Made by a program: the position numbers and the translations under genes. From NCBI GenBank assembly GCA_900548975.1, contig URMS01000008.1:13397-77396 (forward strand): a DNA stretch of 64,000 nucleotides, read 5' to 3'. Shown in pieces: positions 59,679-64,000 of this stretch (position 1 is its first letter; each line of letters begins with the position of its first letter). The notes under the pieces were generated by a model. That model made no database searches. It was given only the letters and a program-made list of their open reading frames with translations, and had not been told where the DNA came from. The DNA is from an uncultured Porphyromonadaceae bacterium (GTDB lineage Bacteria > Bacteroidota > Bacteroidia > Bacteroidales > Muribaculaceae).

Positions 59679-61049
59679 TTATAGCGAGAAGGCTACGATG
59701 GCCACGATGAGTACCGGGGCGATATAGCGGATTATGAACAGGACTGCGCGGGTCTGCGTGTCGGCTTTATCAATGGAGGCGCCGTTGGTCAGTTCTTTGC
59801 ACAGGAGCCCGCGGGGCGCGAACCAGCCCATGTAGACGCAGGTGCCGAGTGCCACTACCGGCAGCAGGCAGTTGGTGGTGAAGCTGTCGAGCAGGTCGAA
59901 GAAGTTCATGCCGAGGACAGTGTATTTCGAAAAACTACCCATTGACAGCGAGCACAGGGCGCTCAGCACGAACAGCGGCAGCATGACGGTGAATGTGGCC
60001 GTGCGGCGGCTCATGTGGAGGCGGTCCTGGAACATGGCTATCGATACCTCGGCTATCGACACCGTGGATGTGAGAGCGGCCACAAGCAGCAGGAAAAAGA
60101 ACAGCGCCGCCCACAGCTGCGGCAGCGGCAACTGGGCGAATACCTCGGGCAGTGTGACAAACACAAGAGTGGCGCCGCGCAGAGTTTCGCCGTCGAGACC
60201 GAAGCTCTTTACTGCGGGGAAGATAACGAGGCCCATCAGGACGGCCACGCCAACGCTCAGCAGCGAGACGGTGAGGGCTGTCTTGCCAAGCTTGGTGTCG
60301 GCGGGATAGTACGAGGCGTATGTCACCAGGATGCCCATGCCGAGGCTGAGACTGAAGAAAGCCTGCCCCAGGGCATTGACTACCACCGAGGCATTGATCT
60401 TGGAAAAATCGGGATTGAGGAAATAGGAGACGCCTTCCGACGCCCCCGGCAGAGTGAGCGAGAGGACGCACATGGCCACCAAAATGACAAACAGCAGGGG
60501 CATCATGATATTCGACAGCCGCTCTATGCCTTTCTGAACCCCGCCGAGAAGCACTCCTATGTTGATGATTATCATTAGGAAAGTGAATATCAGCGGAGCG
60601 GTGTCGGTGGCGATGTATTTTTCCATCTTACCGCTGAAAAAGCCGCGGAACTGTGCTCCCTCGCCCTGTGGCAAACCCTCGAACAGGCCTCCGGTGACGC
60701 TTTGCCAGAAATATTCGAGCGTCCACCCGGCCACCACCATGTAATAGCAGATGATGAGATACGATGCCAGTACGGCGACAGCACCTACTATCCACCACGG
60801 TTTGCCGGGCGAAAGATTGCGGAAAGCCCCGATAGCGTCGGAACGCCCCGCACGGCCCAGCGAGAACTCGGCGAGCATCACCGGCACACCCAGGCAGAGC
60901 ACACATACAATATATAGGAGCAGAAATGCGGCGCCGCCGTTGGCCTGTGTCTCGGCCGGAAAGCGCCATACGTTACCAAGGCCGATAGCCGAGCCTACAG
61001 TGGCTGCCACCAGTCCTATTTTGGAAGCAAATTCGCGTTTGGAAGACAT
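59679..61049 (-). CDS. Sodium-dependent transporter, NSS/SNF family
   Basis: GSAIGLGNVWRFP, NGGAAF, GQAFFSLSLG, AALTS. Confidence 0.93.
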   Translation of the reverse strand: MSSKREFASKIGLVAATVGSAIGLGNVWRFPAETQANGGAAFLLLYIVCVLCLGVPVMLAEFSLGRAGRSDAIGAFRNLSPGKPWWIVGAVAVLASYLIICYYMVVAGWTLEYFWQSVTGGLFEGLPQGEGAQFRGFFSGKMEKYIATDTAPLIFTFLMIIINIGVLLGGVQKGIERLSNIMMPLLFVILVAMCVLSLTLPGASEGVSYFLNPDFSKINASVVVNALGQAFFSLSLGMGILVTYASYYPADTKLGKTALTVSLLSVGVAVLMGLVIFPAVKSFGLDGETLRGATLVFVTLPEVFAQLPLPQLWAALFFFLLLVAALTSTVSIAEVSIAMFQDRLHMSRRTATFTVMLPLFVLSALCSLSMGSFSKYTVLGMNFFDLLDSFTTNCLLPVVALGTCVYMGWFAPRGLLCKELTNGASIDKADTQTRAVLFIIRYIAPVLIVAIVAFSL

Positions 61050-61221
61050 ATATCAGTTCAATATTATGGCAAAATTACAAATATATACTCCATATTGCAA
61101 AAAAAATGCTTTTCAAAATGCCGTTTTGACTCTAAATTTGCTAATATGGCTTCTATATTATTCCGCATGAAACGGCTAAAATACGTATCTTTGCATATAA
61201 ATCAATCCTTTTTCTGATACT

Positions 61222-62325
61222 ATGAACAGACATCTTTTTCCCGCTCTTATATTTCCGGCTCTTCTGGCTTCGATGCCTCTTGTGTCGTGTGGCCCCAAGA
61301 GCACGCCTGTCCAGGCGAGTGTGTGCAATCCGCTGCCGGTGAAATTCGGCGACCCGTTTATTCTCCATGCTTCCGACGGCAAGTTTTATCTCTACGGCAC
61401 ATCGCTTGACGACGGTTTCGAGGCATTCGTGTCGGACGACATGGCCGAGTGGAAGCCGTGCGGGCAGGTCTACAAAGGTGCCGACAGCACATCGTGGAAT
61501 GTGAGCGAATTCTGGGCGCCTGAGGTCTATGAGCGCGACGGGAAATACTACATGTTCTACAGTGCCACCGCCCGCCGCCAGTATACCCGCGACAAAGAAA
61601 ACTTCCAGATAGGCGTGGCTGTGGCCGATAATCCGGCAGGTCCTTTCACCGACCTTCACAATGGTCCGGTTTTTGCCTCCGAGTACCCTGTTATCGACGC
61701 CAATGTCCTCTTCGACGAGCCGTCGGGCAAGGCATATCTCTATTTCTCGCGCTGTTGCTCCGGGCACCCTGTGGAAAGCGATATATCGGCATGGGCGCGC
61801 GAGCAGCATCTTTTCGATTCGATAGAGGAAAGCTGGATCTATGGCGTGGAACTCGCCCCCGATTTCTCGGGTATTGTGGGCGAGCCGCAGCTTCTTCTGG
61901 CGCCTCCGCAGTCGATGGCCGACCGGCAGGCCGAGTGGGAGAGCCGCTCGGTCACCGCGGGAGAAGCCGGCCGGCGGTGGACCGAAGGATCGTACATATT
62001 CAGGCGCGACAGCACGTACTACATGTTTTACAGCGCCAATGCATACTACGGTCCGCACTATGCCGTGGGATATGCCACATCGCGGTCGCCACTCGGGCCG
62101 TTCGAGAAGTACACAGGCAATCCTGTGCTTGCCAGTAGCGGCGATGTGACGTGTACAGGCCACAATATGGTCTTCGAAATGCCCTCCGGCGAGCTCTACA
62201 CCGTCTACCACGCCCGCATGGCCGACAATCCTGCCGACCGGGTAGTGATGATCGACCACATAACCATCGACTCCGCTGGCATCCTCTCGGTCGACGGCCC
62301 GACCACAACTCCATATAGCCTCTAA
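61222..62325 (+). CDS. Glycoside hydrolase family 43 lipoprotein
   Basis: Lipobox LVSC; GDPFI, WAPEV, IDANV, TEGS, GHN. Confidence 0.88.
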   Translation: MNRHLFPALIFPALLASMPLVSCGPKSTPVQASVCNPLPVKFGDPFILHASDGKFYLYGTSLDDGFEAFVSDDMAEWKPCGQVYKGADSTSWNVSEFWAPEVYERDGKYYMFYSATARRQYTRDKENFQIGVAVADNPAGPFTDLHNGPVFASEYPVIDANVLFDEPSGKAYLYFSRCCSGHPVESDISAWAREQHLFDSIEESWIYGVELAPDFSGIVGEPQLLLAPPQSMADRQAEWESRSVTAGEAGRRWTEGSYIFRRDSTYYMFYSANAYYGPHYAVGYATSRSPLGPFEKYTGNPVLASSGDVTCTGHNMVFEMPSGELYTVYHARMADNPADRVVMIDHITIDSAGILSVDGPTTTPYSL

Positions 62326-62344
62326 AAAATACGGCCCGACAGAT

Positions 62345-62390
62345 AAAAAATACGGCACCACGGATTTCGCACCGGGTGCCGTATTTTTTT
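62345..62390. terminator. Bidirectional intrinsic terminator
   Basis: AAAAAATACGGCACC...GGTGCCGTATTTTTT between convergent genes. Confidence 0.85.
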
Positions 62391-62401
62391 ACAAACCTAA
62401 C

Positions 62402-64000
62402 CTACTTTACCAATATTTTAGTGGATGTACCGTCGGCTGTGGCTATATATATTCCGGCCTCCGGTACCTCGAATGTCTTTTCGTTGTCATTTCCAGATTT
62501 GGCCTCTATGTTCATACCGGACACATTGAACAGGGCAGCATTCTTTGCCGCAACCGAGATGGTGCGACCGTCGACTTTTACTGCCGCGGATCCTGTCGCA
62601 GCCGGAGCGGCTACCGACGACAGAAGCGGGTCGGTAAGAAATCCGATGAAGCCCGGTGTCATGGAGGCAATACGCCATATTGTCGAATGGTCGGCGCCGT
62701 CGACTTCGGTGTAGCGGAAGTTGGGGTTGGACGCGGCAAGTTTAGGTGCAAGCGCCTGCATGCCCTTGATGGTCACGGTGCCGTCGTCTGTGCCGTGGAA
62801 TACCCACATCGGCGTAGAACCTATTCTGGCTATCAGAGCTTCGGTGTCAGGATTTTCCTCGCCGTAGCCTGATATCGGTATTACGCGTGCGAACATATTG
62901 TTGTCGCTGTTGAGCATGGACCATATTGCGGCGGCTCCGTTGGACGAGCCCACAGCATACATATATTCCGGGGCGATGCCGTTTTCAGCAGCCAGTTTCT
63001 TGGTGAGTTCCAGAGTTCCGGTGAGCCATTTTGTCTGTTCCGATTCAAAACTGTAGCCTCCGGTAAGGGTTACCCAGCGTTCACCCGATGGTATCTGAGG
63101 CGCTATTACGACGGCATTGCTGATTTCGTTGGCGATAGGATAGACAGGGGCGGCTCCCATGCTTGAGAGTTGCAGCGAATTGTCGTTGCCGCGGGAACCC
63201 ATGCCGTGAAGATAGAGCACCAGACGCTTTGGGTCGGTTGGCGAGTCAGCAGGGGTAGTGTATACTCGGTAGGGCATTTCAGTTCCGTCATCGAGGGTGT
63301 GGGAAGCACTGTCGAATACATTGACCGGTACTGTAAGATCGGTATTCACCTTCTCGAACATGCGGACATCGATATATTCCAGTGCGGCATACTGGCCCTG
63401 CCGGTCGAGGCCCGACAGATTGAGAGTCATAACCTTGCCGTCGCCATATACACGGCCGTCGTTGTGCATGGTGCCGTATTTGGCCAGGGTGCCACCCGAA
63501 ATGTTGACTGTAGTGTTACCCGAGGCTCCGCTGCCTACCGAACACAGATAGAGAGCCTGCAGGATACCGCCTTCGATGTTTACTGTGGCAAGATTGGCGT
63601 TGGTTACAGGGAAAGAGTTGCCTTTGCCTCCGCGGTTGAAGGCCACGAGATATACATGTCCCGACCGGATGGTGATATTGGGATTGTAGGTGCAGTCGGC
63701 CTTTACTCTGTTGGTGTTGTCCTGACAGCCACCGAGAATGGTGAACGAAGTAGCAACCTGCGACCACGCAAATGTGCCCGTCATTTCGCAGCCGTCTCCG
63801 ATGGTGACGGAGTTGTAGTTCGCAATCAGAAGCAGATAGGGATTCGTGCCCGAGGCCGTGTGATGGAATGTTATGTTCTCGAAAACAGCATCTGTGGTCA
63901 GACCGAGACGCACTCCTTTGGTGAGTGTGTATGCGTTGACGTCGTGGTCGTCGCCGCGGTAGTCGATACCATTATATTTCTGAGTATAGGTGATGGTGCC
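62402..64000 (-). CDS. Secreted alpha/beta-hydrolase (esterase/peptidase) with an N-terminal Gly/Asn-rich beta-helix-like region and a T9SS-like C-terminal domain; 5' end lies outside the window
   Basis: Frame stays open to 64000; YLHGMGSRG.DN, GSSNG nucleophile elbow, FHGTDD.TV, GADH; C-terminus GIYIA....TKILVK. Confidence 0.75.
   Translation of the reverse strand, partial: GTITYTQKYNGIDYRGDDHDVNAYTLTKGVRLGLTTDAVFENITFHHTASGTNPYLLLIANYNSVTIGDGCEMTGTFAWSQVATSFTILGGCQDNTNRVKADCTYNPNITIRSGHVYLVAFNRGGKGNSFPVTNANLATVNIEGGILQALYLCSVGSGASGNTTVNISGGTLAKYGTMHNDGRVYGDGKVMTLNLSGLDRQGQYAALEYIDVRMFEKVNTDLTVPVNVFDSASHTLDDGTEMPYRVYTTPADSPTDPKRLVLYLHGMGSRGNDNSLQLSSMGAAPVYPIANEISNAVVIAPQIPSGERWVTLTGGYSFESEQTKWLTGTLELTKKLAAENGIAPEYMYAVGSSNGAAAIWSMLNSDNNMFARVIPISGYGEENPDTEALIARIGSTPMWVFHGTDDGTVTIKGMQALAPKLAASNPNFRYTEVDGADHSTIWRIASMTPGFIGFLTDPLLSSVAAPAATGSAAVKVDGRTISVAAKNAALFNVSGMNIEAKSGNDNEKTFEVPEAGIYIATADGTSTKILVK

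Noticed and set aside
62323..62356. Short direct repeat AAAAAATACGGC at the GH43 stop
   Set aside because: Only two short copies, one being a terminator arm. Too little to support an insertion scar.

Overview
A mostly core chromosomal segment of a gut Bacteroidales bacterium, probably Muribaculaceae-like. That call rests on TAnnTTTG -7 promoter elements, AT-rich leaders without Shine-Dalgarno sites, and gene content. From left to right: (1) the end of a pullulanase gene; (2) an AT-richer accessory block with a ~1200-aa sacsin/NO-VEIN-like GHKL ATPase-DUF3883 nuclease, a Crp/Fnr regulator with a palindromic operator, a DUF6624 gene and HigBA; (3) NUDIX, lrgAB, tRNA-Leu and two tRNA-Gly, xth; (4) a tightly packed minus-strand run of DUF805, btuFCD-like ABC genes, an alanine symporter, a GHL10 hydrolase and a GT2; (5) algH and a candidate sRNA; (6) a ~17 kb energy super-operon in which the whole F1Fo atpDCBEFHAG operon sits inside a headless nuo operon (no nuoEFG), between nuoH and nuoI; (7) a ~18.6 kb minus-strand operon for peptidoglycan/MurNAc scavenging: Amidase_3-like protein, GT2, HIT/GalT-like DUF4922, SpoIID, AmpG with a large insert, NamZ, Fe-S D-lactate dehydrogenase, NagX, MurK, MurQ, GDSL esterase and a UvrD-exonuclease; (8) an Xre module, suhB, ung, DUF5103, DUF3109, an NSS transporter, GH43 and a partial T9SS-type esterase. 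The strongest leads are the peptidoglycan-scavenging operon with its embedded D-lactate dehydrogenase and unexplained GT2/DUF4922 pair, the nested atp-in-nuo operon, and the sacsin-DUF3883 candidate defence gene. All family assignments come from motif recognition by eye; no database searches were run.
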